DNA of 62,832 nt, filler included, from Dugesia japonica (GCA_001938525.1; 6 parts of 6 records of this genome joined end to end with filler, not necessarily neighbours in it); one strand, 5' to 3'; shown: positions 50,041-62,832, counted from the first letter of the whole stretch. Made by a program: numbers and translations. The notes: a model not told the origin generated them from the letters alone.

Positions 50041-51450
50041 CAGCGGATCTCAAACTTTTTCAACAGCGTAACCCTTTAAAGGCAAACTAATTTCCACGGA
50101 ATCCCAGTAATTATATTTATTAATTTATAAATAAAAAGATAAAAGCAAATAACAACAATAATAAAAAAAACAACTATTTGTATTGGGACGAGTGGGCTTG
50201 TTTCCTATTTTTACATTATTCCTTTATGTCTGGTTTTTTAGAAGACATTTGAATCATCATATCAGCTTCTGCATCGAGTCTGTTGCGATATTTAGTTTTT
50301 GTTGCAGCATATGAAGAAAATCCAGATTCACAGAGATAAGTCGTAGCAAAAGGAAGAAGCATTTTAACAACTTTCATTGATAAATTTGCATATTCCACTC
50401 TTAAAGTGCACCAAAACTCTGACAAAGATATTTTTTCAAATAAGGGCTGTAGTGATGGATCGGAAATCATGTCAATAAAGACTTCGTACTTCTTAACAAT
50501 GAATTGTCCTGGTCTTGAATGGGTTTTTAATCTATGTATGAGTTTTAAGTTTCTTATTCTGCTCATCTGGAAAATACTGTTTCACCGAATTTAGCATATC
50601 TTCCAAATGTTCACGAAAGTCATCATACAACATAAAAAAAATCACTTGCTTCAATGTCGCCATTAGTGAATAAATCTTTAAGTATTGTAAAGCTATCTAG
50701 TCCATGAGAGCTAATTTAAAGGATCATTAATTCCAATTTTTTTAAAAGCTTGAATCTTATCATTGTCTGTGAATATAGTTACTTGTTTTCCTTGAAGTGA
50801 CATATTCACTTCGTTTATCGTCCATTTGCAAAGAAATGTTACAATATTTAAGATGAGATATTAACTCAGCCTTCACGTTGCCTGACAAATCTTTAATTTG
50901 ACGAGTTACTGTGTCATTGGATAATGACACATCAGTTATTTCTTTTTCCGAGTTTTCATCAAGTATACATTTAGCAATATCAACTGCTAGACTTGATTAA
51001 TGTCTTAGTTATTGTATGAGCTTCGCTGCCAGCGCCCCACGATAACTGTATATGTAAGATGATTCAGTGACTCTCTAATTTTTAGTTTTAAAAGTTGAAG
51101 TAATCAGGATTTAGCGCTTAAAGAGTTCATCACGCATACGCATAAAATAATCCACATTCTTATCTTTAAACTCTTTATGTACGGTTTCAAAATGACAGCG
51201 CATTTTAGCTGGCATCATAACACTATTTGGAAATGTTTTACTGCTTAAGGCACGTTAAGACACATTGTTAGCCTCTTCAATACCAAGAGACAGTTGGCAC
51301 TGTTGTTTCATTTTCAGTATTTTTGGATGTAGATGTTTCAGGTGATTTCTNNNNNNNNNNNNNNNNNNNNNNNNNNNNNNNNNNNNNNNNNNNNNNNNNN
51401 AGATCCTGTACCTTTCGCTGTTCCTTTGATAAGCCAACGATCCAACCTTA
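50041..51450 (-). mobile_element. hAT Buster/Charlie-type transposon, internally deleted
   Basis: M.PAKMRCHFETVH (BED), VSLSNDTVTRQI, FW..EY..L..LLPFATTYLCESGFS..KTKYRNRLD; terminus CAGCGGATCTCAAACTTTTT at 50041. Confidence 0.92.
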
Positions 51451-52321
51451 ATAACGTATATTCAATTAATTTAATTATTAAAAAATCAGCTAAGAATAAT
51501 GTATATGTTAAGGTTTATGTAATAAATCCGGATATTATTAATTATAACTGGCCGTTATTAATAATATCTTCGTATTTTGGTAAATATAAATAATAAGTAA
51601 TAATTATTATATTTAGTATTTATTTTAATTTTCTTATATTTATTATTAAAGATTTTTAACAAATATAATACATATCTTATAATTGTTTTTTGATTATACA
51701 CAAATTTTCAATTTATATATTACAATCACTTTTACCAAAATTATAAATTTAAATATTAGTACGAAATTAAAACACTTGTATATTCAAACACTTTGCAACT
51801 ATGATATTCACTTATGAACTGAAATATACTGAAAGAAATTTTTTTATATAATGTAAAATCTCGCTACCTAAATTGAATTTTATTAAAAAAAAGTATTGTA
51901 AATGAATTAAAAATTATATTAAGGAATATCACAATTTTTTATCTCCTATTCACTACTTTTGTTTCCCATTTATTTACTTGCATTAATCCTGCCCACAATC
52001 AATTTTTTTTTGTTATTACTTGATTAAAAATTTCATTCGAGAATTTAATTTTACATCGAACCCTTCCGCCTTCAATTGAAAAAAATCAATTTAGTTTTTC
52101 ATTCAAAAATTTATGATGTGGACTTCTGTCATTTACTTAGCAAAGTAAAAAAAATTTTGTAGCAAACAAATGACGGTAATTCTCGTAATAATTTTTTTTA
52201 AACTTCTTTTCAAAAATATTTGTTTCAATGCTATATTGAGTTAACTGTTACAGATTTTTATAGTTCAATAATTAAATGAACAAATCTTAACTTTTGAGAG
52301 CAACAAATTAATTTTATTTAA

Positions 52322-52324
<3 letters not shown>

Positions 52325-52386
<62 letters not shown>

Positions 52387-52436
52387 NNNNNNNNNNNNNN
52401 NNNNNNNNNNNNNNNNNNNNNNNNNNNNNNNNNNNN

Positions 52437-52503
<67 letters not shown>
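52325..52503. repeat. (AAT)n microsatellite spanning a gap
   Basis: Pure AAT repeats on both sides of an N run. Confidence 0.97.
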
Positions 52504-55500
52504 TTTTTTTGTAAAATATATTTGAATTTTTAGGGATATAAATTTATAATTTTTTTAAAAATTCCATTATGAGATACACGGATTCCTTTAAATTTTTATG
52601 TGATTTATTTTTTCTACTGTTTCATTTCTAAAAACTATCTCATAGACATAAGTAGATACCAAAAACACTTTCAACTCTTTAGATAAAATTTCTTAAATTG
52701 TAATAGCTTTGCTTTAATTTAACCTGTACTCTTCAATTATCTTTCGTTATAATCAAAATCAAAATAATAATCAGCACCCATATTGAAAATCAATATCGCA
52801 CTAATATATATAGTTCATATGTTTTCAAGCATTATAAATTCGAGTCCATTGACAGAGAAAATATATCACTTTCTTCTTAAATTAAGAATGAATATAAGAT
52901 TAGATTTCGATTTTCTTTTGTCTGCTGCTTGATTACCCATGAACAATAGAAATAACTCGTGAAGAAATATTGGTATAAAATGAATAGTTTATACGAATAA
53001 TTAACTAGAATTTATTTCAAATTATTACCCATTTCTTTGTTATTATAAAGTGACATTGAATTAAATAATTGCATATGATAGGCAAGAACAATGAAATCAA
53101 ATGAGTTGTTAATAATGATGTTACAAATAATTTCATATATCATTGAAGCTTTTTCATTTTAAGCATCATTTTCTAAAATAATTATTAAAAAAAAAACAAA
53201 TTCTAAAACCATAAATTGAACTAGAAATTAAAACAATGAACTAACTAAATTAGCTGATTCAAACAAAAAAATTAATTTGTTTATTCTTTGAAATTGTTGA
53301 AAGAATGAAAATTAAAATAAACAAAAATAAATTACATAAAAAAACAATGTTTCTTTCTAAAAACTGGGGAAAAAAATATTTGAACTGAAAAAAATAACTT
53401 CTCTTCATTTACAAAATTATTATTCAAATCAAATAAACCGCCTATTAGAAATTCAACTCTTAATAGTTTTATTAAATAGTTAATTTGAAGCTTCTGATCA
53501 TTTTAATGAAACTGCACGTTTTCAATAAAACAAAGAAATAATTTCTAATTTTTTTCCCTGCAATTAACAAAGAGTGATGGAAACTAATTTGATGGGTTGT
53601 TGAGATTCAACATTGAATAAATTATACAAATTCGATAGAAAAATGTCAATTAATTGCTTTTATTAGAATAATACGTTTATGAATATTTATTGTTTTTATT
53701 GATTGTTTAAATCTGATTAGGCGTTTTTTTGAATTAATAAATTTATTTATTTAGATTTTTATCTTTTTTCATAAAGTATTTATAATTGTAAACATATTTT
53801 TTGTACACTATTTTGGAATTTATTTACTTTTACAAATTTTCGTAAAGGTTATTTTCATGTGTTTTTTAGGTTCAAAAATGATCCTAAAACGATACTATTT
53901 AAATATTTTTTATGAAAATTAAGATTAAGCAAATTAAAATGTCTAATTATAATAGTTCTAAAACAATATCATATAAATATTATANNNNNNNNNNNNNNNN
54001 NNNNNNNNNNNNNNNNNNNNNNNNNNNNTTAATTAATTAANNNNNNNNNNNNNNNNNNNNNNNNNNNNNNNNNNNNNNNNNNNNTCTGTATCAGGAGGCA
54101 AACAAAGAAAAAGACTTTAATAATTTATTTACAAAAATAAGCAGACATTGTAATGTAATCATTAAATAAATAAAGGTTTTTTCTCATAAATTTACACATG
54201 TGGATTTATTGATTTAATATTGAAAAATTAAATGAAAAATTAATTAGAACTTCATAAAATTTATAAAATTTTGTACATAATTATAAATATAAATTTGTAT
54301 GATAAAATGCAGTCTAATAAATAAAATGTTAAAAATCAAATCAGATCAATTGTCAAATAATATAATGTCAAATCAGATTAATATCGATCATTGATTTGGT
54401 TGGGGTCGCTTGATTGATTTGCTTCTAATTCGAAAACGTTGTTGTATGTTTGTATCCGTTTTGTTATATATGCTATGATTGATTTTAAATTGATTTTATA
54501 GTTTATTTTATTTTTCCTCAACAATAAAATTATACTTTCATAAATAAAAGGTTTTTAATTAAAAATAATTTTATTTATTAAAATAATTGTTAAAAAATTA
54601 TTTAATTATAATATTAATAATAAATTCTAACTTTATAATTTTTATGAAATCTATTGCACACTGAATTCATTTTCCTGTTATAAATAATTTTAAAAAGTAA
54701 TAAATTAAATAAAATGTAATACTTTTCTTCATCGATAAATCTTTTAGTAAATTGTTGAAATTCTGTATCCTTTGAATTAATTTTCTACAAATAANNNNNN
54801 NNNNNNNNNNNNNNNNNNNATGTTTAAAATTACCTTTTTCCAATTTCATTAATTAATTTCACTGGTAATTTTTGAAAATCTCCTTTATTAGGTGATTTAA
54901 TTTGAATTTAAATAATTTAAAAAATAATACATAAAAATCAAGTAATTTTTTTCCAGCATCATTTGATTTCATTGTTTTTAGAATTTTGTTTACAAAAAAT
55001 TGAAGAAATGATTAAATTAGTATAAATTATCAATAAAGTTCAAAGCAATAATTTTCTTATTCATCATAATAATATTCAACATAATCTTAGCAGTAAGTAG
55101 ATGTGTGCGCATCAGATCACTCCCCCTATCGGAAAAACATAGTGACCTGCTCAAAGTTATCTACTGGATATTGTGGATTTATTGATTTATGAAATTTGAT
55201 CGAGGAAATTTTAATTTATGTTTGATTTAAAAAACTTTTTTTGGCAGGAAATCTTTTCTGAAGGTATTGGTGGGCTTAGAAATTGTAGAAAGTGTAGGTG
55301 TTTTTTCTGTTCAAAGCTTTTGATAGTGGTCTGTGTGTGTGAGTGTGTAAAAAACGAACAAAAGTCAAATTGTATCTGTTGGTGAGTGTATTTTTGGGAG
55401 TTTGGTGATGGACTTGTACTGGCCCTCGAAAGTTTTATATTATTATTAAAGGAAACTAAGGGTGAAAATTATTATTAATAAATACAAAATCCGAAACCAA

Positions 55501-55799
55501 AATAAATACATATATTCGAAAATTATATTGAATTGTACATCCAAAAATTATTAAATCTTTAAGAATTAAATATAACTATAAAAAATTACACTGAATTTAT
55601 AAATAGTATAAATAAATCTAGGGTTCGATTAAAAGTTTATGCTAATAAAATTATTGTCAGTAAAAATTTTCGTTCACAAAAATCATAATCAGATAAATTG
55701 TTAGATCAATAGTTATGTTTGAATATAATTGCCAATAAATTGGGTATTGAATTGATGAATATCGAATGTTCACATGTTGAATATCGAATGTTGAGTGTT

Positions 55800-56800
55800 A
55801 TTTGGTGTATTTATATGTTTGTAATATATGGTTGTCATTTATGCATTTGCTATCGTTGTGTNNNNNNNNNNNNNNNNNNNGTTTGATTTCCTCAACAAAT
55901 GTTCCCCATCCAGAAAAAGATGCTCCTGCATCTTGAGACATAAATACTGTGAAGAAGATACAACTCGTTTCGTGTAAACCGAAAGGAATTGTGTTGGAGC
56001 AAGGCATGATAAATACACGTGGGTTAAATTTATCTTCAACATTAGGAATATTAGAGTAAGGAGAGGTTGGTCAAGAAAAGGCATGTAAGGAATGATCGTT
56101 GTTTCGTTGAAAAAGTTTTGCAGGCTGATTTTTTGTTTTACGACTGGGTTCGGCTATTCTGTTGAGAAATTTTAGTTCCTCTTTTTTCTTCTTGAGTGTT
56201 TTTTTAGATGGTTGAATAAAAGGCTTGTGTGCGATAATTAGCTAATTAGACTTGTGGCCTCTTTCGATTTCCACGGTTGTTATTGTCTGCCAAACACCAT
56301 ATGTCTACATAACACCATATTTTAAATCGTCATTATCTTTATAGATTTGACCTTCCCTGCAAATTTGTGGAGCATTTCTAAAATAGGTAAGCTATTCATA
56401 CTGTTGTTGACTATCTACAAAACGTTATGATAACGATCTGATTGGTAGGAAAGTCGTAATGAAAGTATATTCCTATGATGTATTCGGTTGAATTGGACAC
56501 CAATTGAATGGTTGAAGAAATTTGAATCTATTCTAAATCTTTATTTGATTGTTAAAACGTCTCAGTTCGGAGTTAAGATGTACTAAAATATCATCAGTAT
56601 CTTTCTTAGGGTATTGTGCTGCTTTGACAAGGTACATACTAATGTAAATGACATCTCTTTGGATCGTAATATTTTTATTTACCTACTTAATCACCAATTT
56701 AAGGAATGTCGGTTTGATTGAGATGATGTGCAATCCTAGTGAAGTTATTACATGGTACTTTTAATTTCAAAGGAAGATAAAACGTTGAACAACACGCCAC
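55800..56800 (-). mobile_element. Possible highly decayed Penelope-like remnant
   Basis: Weak DDILVHLNS, IIPY and ..QEHL motifs in RT-to-GIY-YIG order. Confidence 0.3.
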
Positions 56801-57387
56801 CTTCAATTACAACACGCTTAAACATATTTTTGTTACGGAAAGAAATACTATAGATATGTCGTATATATATTAGATTTGGGTACAATTTATCACAATTTAA
56901 TAAAAATAAGTAAAATATATTACTAAAATTACTCGATAGACACGCTCTAACATATAAAATATTTAAACATTAAGTTATAAATATAAGCGTTAATAAAGAT
57001 GAAGTTTTGTTAATCTGGCTGCTGATTCAGTTAATGATATGACTGTTGATGTAGTTGGTAATTTTGAGGTTCTTGTTACTGCAATAGTAGACTTTAAGAT
57101 AATTGACTGAGCAATGATAAGAAGACAGTGTAGGAAAAAAGAAATTGGTTTTAAATGGTTACACGTTGCTATTACCAACTATATACTCTATCATTGATCA
57201 ATGGCATTAAACGGTTTTAGATCAAAGTAATCATCTGTACTAAATTTTTTGTTGATACGGTTGCTGATCTTGTTGATTCAGTTAATGATCCGACTGTTGA
57301 TGTAGTTGGTAATTCAGAGATTTCTACTTAATAAAAGATTTTACTTTTTGAATTTGAAACTATAAATATATAAAAGAGATATGACTT

Positions 57388-57618
57388 CTGAGAGGAAGAT
57401 TTCAAAATAAACAAATTGAAAGGGTTTTAAAAGATTATTGCTGGACCTACGTACTATGCAAAACATGCCATTCTAATACTACTAATCTTGAAAAAGATAA
57501 TCGATTATTGTTTCTTGATTGTAAGGCATGTGGATCACGTTACAGTGTTGATCAACAGTCATCGGGTTAAAAAGCTCTTACAACGAAAAGAGCCGCAATT
57601 CGAGCCAAGACTCAATAA
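57388..57618 (+). pseudogene. EIF2S2: Translation initiation factor eIF2-beta C-terminal fragment (C2-C2 zinc finger)
   Basis: LRGRFQNKQIERVLKDYCWTYVLCKTCHSNTTNLEKDNRLLFLDCKACGSRYSV..G*KALTTKRAAIRAK matches the eIF2-beta pattern KGRF..KQIE.VL..Y..YV.C..C..RL.FL.C..C.SR.SV..KRA..RAK. Contains a premature stop; not in the ORF track. Confidence 0.9.
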
Positions 57619-57625
57619 ATTATTA

Positions 57626-58183
57626 GATTGTCATTCAATAAGTCCGTAGGATAAGTAAAAAAACAAAGTTTGACAAAACTCGATTTTATTATTCAGCATA
57701 ATTGCCTTCGAGGGCGATACAACGAATATAGCGATTTTCCAACTTGTCGATACCACTTTTATAGTACGATTTCTCTTTCTCGTCAAAATAGGTTTCAGTT
57801 TCAACGATTACTTCATCACTGGATTTAAATTTCTTTCCAGCAAGCATTCTCTTAAGATCTGAAAACATGAAAAGTCGCTGGGGGCTAAATCTGGAGAATA
57901 TGGTGTGTGGGTAAGCAATTCAAAGCCCAATTCATTCAATTTTGCCATCATTTTCATCGATCTGTGACACTGTGCATTGTCTTGGTGAAATAACACTTAA
58001 TTCTTTTGCAAATGTGGCCGTTTCTTTGCGATTGCATCCTTCAATCGATCCAAAAGTGCACAGTAATAGTCGCTGATGATGGTGGTTCCTTTTTGGAGAT
58101 ATTCGATGAATATTATTCCGTTCGCATTCCAAAATACAGATACCATCACCTTACTGGCCGACTGTTGCGTCTTATCTCGCTTT
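57626..58183 (-). mobile_element. Irritans-subfamily (Himar1-like) mariner, C-terminal half plus TIR
   Basis: KTQQSASKVMVSVFW, FHQDNA, PYSPDLAPSDF, DLKRMLAGKKF, RCIALEGNYAE*; terminus containing AATAAGTCC. Confidence 0.93.
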
Positions 58184-60288
58184 GATTTCGTTTTGTAGAA
58201 AATGACACTTTTCTGGATTAATGCATATACCATCCTTCATTATTTCCATCAATACTCTATCAATTACTTCATAGTATTCATCTTTATTGTTCATAAATAT
58301 CAAAATATCATGAAAATAAACTATGGCTCCACTGATTCCGCCAACCACTTTTGTCATCATCTCCTGAAATGTCCCTGGTGCCGCTGCGAAGCCAAATGGC
58401 ATTCTATTAAGACAGTATTGTCCGTGCTCCGTTGAAAATGCGGTTTTTTCTTCAGATTCTTCTTCGAGCTCTACCTAATAGTAGGCATTTCCCAAGTCTA
58501 TTGAACTGAAATATTTACCTCTATTTAACTTATCCAGTATTTCATCGAAATTTGGCATCGGAAAGGCTTGTCTTTTCGTTATTGCATTCAATTGTCTGAA
58601 ATCAAACATATTCTTATAACCTTCTTTTTCTTTTTCCAAACACAAATCAATGGAGTATTCCATGGAGAGTTGCATTTACGGATAATATTATTCTTGAAAA
58701 GGAATTAGATAGCTTTTTCAATTTTAGATTCTAAGTTTATTGGTTGTCTATACGGTTTTACATTGATTGGTTCACCACTTGTGATTATTATGTGTCTTGT
58801 CAGATGTGTGCATCCTACATCCCATTTATCTGTCATAAAAGCATCTTCTTTACTTTCAATTATTTTCAATAACTGTTGATCCTCTTTAATCTTCCAAATA
58901 TTCAAAGCTCTTGTTAATCGCTCTCCTTTTTTAATTTGTCTCCCAAATTTCGTTTCAATACTACAAATGTAATTTTCTACTTTTTCATTCGTTTTGCTGT
59001 TAACTTTTTGCATAAGCTGATATCTAAAACTCTTCTGCATATCTATTCCTCCTATTAGATCTGCTGTCACTCTTTCAGCAACTAAGAAAGTAATCTCTTT
59101 GCAAACTTCATCTATTATCACTCTGGTTCTAACTTTTCCAACAATTTCAAGTGTACTATTATTTGCACAACGCAATCTTTCATCACTCATTTCTAAATGC
59201 GTTTCTCGTAATTTATTAAAACAATTCAAACTCATCACGTTAATTTGAGACCCTTTATCTAATAGACATTCGACTTTATTTCCTTGAATTGAGACTGTAA
59301 CATTTGGTCTGCCTTGCAATTTAATAGTATGAGATATTTGTTTTCTTTTCTGCTTCAATTGTTTCAACCCATTCAACTTTTCTATCATTTGCAAAATTTT
59401 CCCTCTTTAAGAACCTGTATACTTTTCTGTAACTTTTCCGATATCATCCCACTTTTCGACTCATTGAGGATAATTACTCACTTCATTTAACAATCAAAGG
59501 CTCCAACAAACTCCTCTACTGGTGAAACACTGTCTTTGGGTACTGCCTTTCGGAATCACTTTCATATACTTCCTCATATCCATCGTTTGTACTGACATCT
59601 TCATCTTCAATCGCATGTACTCGATAATATCGGTTTCTTGATCTTTCTGCAGTCAGAAAATTCTCACTTGTTCTTTTCATTTTTAAATTTGTGTAGCACT
59701 CTTCTGCTCTATGTCTACCATTACCACATCGTTTACACCTCACTTCTTGACATAACCTTCTAATATGGTCAACCTGTTCACAGCCAAAACATTTTGTTGC
59801 TTTTTTATGTGGACTATCTCGACTTATATGTCCTGTTTTATGGCAAGACCAACACTCTACCACTTTTTTCGTTGGATAATTTGCTTTAGTATGACCGATC
59901 TTTTGACATAACCAACATTCGATATTTTGTTTTTCCTTTCTTTGATCCACATGTCTATTCACGGTAGTATTTACAGGTTTCTGATAATTTTGATTTGTAA
60001 CTCTCGAGTTCCTTCTACCTGCATTGACTTGATATCTGTTTTTCTCTACACGATCTACTAAACTTTAAGTTTCTTCAATTTCTTCTAAATTCTCTCGTTT
60101 TCGCAAAGTTACTTCTTCAACATTTTTGCTATCTGAACAATATACTAGCATCTTTGCTACCATTCTTTTCTCAGTAAAATCTTTTTTTGTAAATCTTTTT
60201 ACTAAATCTTTTACATTTTTAAAATAAACTTGAATATCTTCATTTCCACGCCTGTAGTTTATAAAATTTTGAAAATCTTTGATTACTT
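58184..60288 (-). mobile_element. Ty3/Gypsy retrotransposon 3: gag (four knuckles), protease, RT; truncated at both ends
   Basis: CCHC repeats in ORF 59516; CLLDKGSQINVMS; DFRQLN, IDLGNAYY, MPFG..APGTFQ. Confidence 0.95.
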
Positions 60289-60398
60289 AAAGTATGCGCG
60301 TAGATAAAAAGTATATATTTATTATAAATAATAAATATAAATAACAATATATTAATTAAGACAAAAATGTTTTTATTTAAATAACTTAGTCTTAAACA
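60289..60398 (+). repeat. Partial LTR 3' end in inverted orientation
   Basis: GTTTTTATTT..AACTTAGTCTTAAACA matches the end of the element-2 LTR (34807-34838). Confidence 0.55.
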
Positions 60399-60479
60399 AT
60401 TTATAATATTTAAATTACTCTTTTTACTTTAATCATAAATAACTTAAAATTTATTTAATTTACTTTGAAATCTTTCTCA

Positions 60480-62500
60480 TAATACGATTTATAATAGGGA
60501 TATAGTAAACGAATTTGTTCCGAACTACCGAACAATGTTAGTAGAAAAACTGTACCTGGTTTTATTATTATCAATATTATTCTTTGGAGCAATATTCACT
60601 TCTATTCTCATTGCTTACTCTGCTTTTTGTTGACATTTAATCACTACAAGTTAATCTTTCAATTTTTTCAATATTCTCTTCAATAGAAATATTGCTCATA
60701 GCAATCAATCCAATTTTCTCAAAAAATTTTAAAATATATACTTGCTGCTTTCTAAAACTTTGAGCATCTTCTAGGTTCAATATCGCTTGCAGCTTATCAT
60801 CTTTAAATTTAATTGTTGTTTTTCCTCGCTACTTGTCATTCTCACCAAAATATCCGGTTTTGAATCATAAATACTTCGCGACAAGTTTTTCCAGTCAAAG
60901 CATAGTTGCTATAAATTTAATCAAGTAATTCATGTGCATTGAAAAACACTTCTTCAAACTGATTATAAAAGCTAATTCTTCCCGCATATAATGTTTTTTA
61001 GGCACAAATATCGTCGTCTTAGAATCAAAATAAAACATTTTATAAATTGAAAATTTGAAGATGTAAAGATATAGCGCTTAAACTGAAGTTTAGATAAACA
61101 ACAATATAACTTGCATAAATTTCTTTATTCAAAAATTTAGTCCAAAGGCTGAAACGTCCTTATACTCTACCAGAAATAATGAAGTCAACTCAATAAAATT
61201 TTTATTAACAATAGGTCTCGTTTCTCGACATAACCCCCGTTTACATTGACGCAATTGTCCAACGGTTGACCATTCACTCGAAGTCTCTTTCAAATTTTGA
61301 TCCTTCTGCATGAGTAATTTCGTCACGTTGTCTTTAATATCATCTTTTGTTCTTTCAAGTATCAAAACCCCCAGACCTATTTCAATTGTGTCACTTTCTA
61401 AAAATCTAGTTCAGAATACTTCATCCTCCACATTTTTGCGATAACCGTATTTTATCTTAATATCACTAGTAACTGCTTTATTTGCATTGTTACATCTCTT
61501 CATTTCTACGGCTAAATCATCGTGTTTAATACATTTTAATTATAATTTTAGTATTCTTTTCAATGTAAATAAAAATATATTTTACTTTTACAGATATAAC
61601 TTTTAATAACCTCTTTACAGATTGGCAGCTAATATTTTTTACAAACGTTTCCATTAGAACATAGTTCTTGTCCAATAAAAAATTAAGTTTTTTAATGAAC
61701 TATTTTCATAATATCTTTGCGGCCACGGTTAAATTGGCTTGTTGACAACTGAAATAAAAAATTTCTATATCTTCGATTTATTTCATCATTAAATTCTTGA
61801 GTTGCTGCCCATTTTTCAACAAATATTATTCATTCTCTTCAAATCGCGTTTGGGTTGCTGCACCCAATAATCGACGTGTTTTTTAATGAAATGGTGAATT
61901 GCCATTTATCCATGTTTTTAATTATTTTACAATTTCCTTCTTACCATACCATGTTACCTAAGTCTGGCTTTTATTAATGTGATTAATTATTTGAAATAAA
62001 ACCATTACTTTTCCCAACAAAATGAAAACTTGCCAAATATGATAATAATTATTTGATAAATGCATTGTTTATTTGATGCTTACATGTTTTACATGGTGTA
62101 AAAAGAAAATAAATAATTAATCAATATAGCCACTTATTCCATTGGTAATGTTTAATGAACTACATTAGCCAATCAATACAGTTACTTAACATACTTGCTC
62201 AACCCGATTTCTGATATTATCTGGAACTTGAAAACTTGTGCTGTGAATTATTAAACATCAAAACGTAAATTCGTTTCACAGCTTTTAACAAATAAAAAAA
62301 ATATTTTTTATAACTTTTAAATATTCTCGGAGATGATATTTTGCGTGCAAACCAACTCGCTTTTAATCGTCACCTCATGTGATTTCTGTATTGTAACTAT
62401 GCTTAGATTTTGTCTGACTTGAGGTGGCTAAATTAGTTTGTTGATGATTTTCAATTCATTCAAGCAGACAAGGCACTGGTAAATGGAACAGACTAATTAA
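60480..62500 (-). pseudogene. Unclassified coding-like remnant, part of a repeated unit
   Basis: Long near-open frames (KCIKHDDLAVEMKRC..ILERTKDDIK..RQCKRGLCRE) broken by stops and short AT-rich spacers; partly duplicated at 48060-48420. Confidence 0.4.
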
Positions 62501-62704
62501 ATCAGTAATAATAATATTAAACGGAATATTCCGTAATTTCTATTTAAAAAACGTGTCGTAAAGACCCTTCTAATACATTATTATATTATTGTATATTATT
62601 TTTATTATTTAATTCCTCTTTTCTTCTTTATGCACCCAATTTTCATTTTCCGATATTTTTTTAATAAATCCATAATTATAATAATAATAATTACATAGTT
62701 ATAA

Positions 62705-62806
62705 TTACGAGAACAATTGTTGGACTTAACCATTGATCGTTTTATAGAATTAATAAAAAATTCTTTAAAACGATCAATGGTTAAGTCCAACAATTATTCT
62801 CGTAAT
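62705..62806. repeat. Inverted repeat with ~40-bp arms
   Basis: ATTACGAGAACAATTGTTGGACTTAACCATTGATCGTTTT / AAAACGATCAATGGTTAAGTCCAACAATTATTCTCGTAAT; single-arm copies at ~26476-26545 and ~47450-47505. Confidence 0.88.
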
Positions 62807-62832
62807 AATTGCAATTGTAAAACAATTATGGC

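Noticed and set aside
51950-53250. Possible host membrane-protein remnant on the minus strand
   Set aside because: No recognisable motif; the hydrophobicity is explained by AT bias.

Overview
Very AT-rich eukaryotic DNA, most likely from an animal (judged from an eIF2-beta fragment and the transposon repertoire). The window is not one locus. Five identical 100-nt spacers (44 N + TTAATTAATTAA + 44 N) join six unrelated scaffolds of about 9-12 kb. I found no intact host gene; the window is a graveyard of decayed mobile elements. The main signal is endogenous Polinton/Maverick (adintovirus-like) DNA in three of the six scaffolds. It comprises a full-length decayed protein-primed PolB with Zn-finger and endonuclease-VII-like domains (14.7-18.5 kb) and a second PolB plus a capsid fragment (26.6-28.9 kb). 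It also comprises a chromodomain-integrase/penton fragment of one lineage (33.0-34.7 kb) and a compact virion module of another lineage: capsid, PLA2, integrase, packaging ATPase, membrane-active protein and penton (37.8-44.1 kb). Other contents are Gypsy LTR retrotransposons with multi-knuckle Gag, a Penelope element, Merlin, several hAT, mariner (one very Himar1-like) and pogo/Tigger remnants, and MITEs. Unexplained structure includes TCGA+12-bp variable palindromes upstream of PolB, truncated Gypsy copies capped by inverted LTR ends, and an unclassified repeated gene-like unit with a long hairpin. All family calls come from my own translation and motif recognition; no database search was run.
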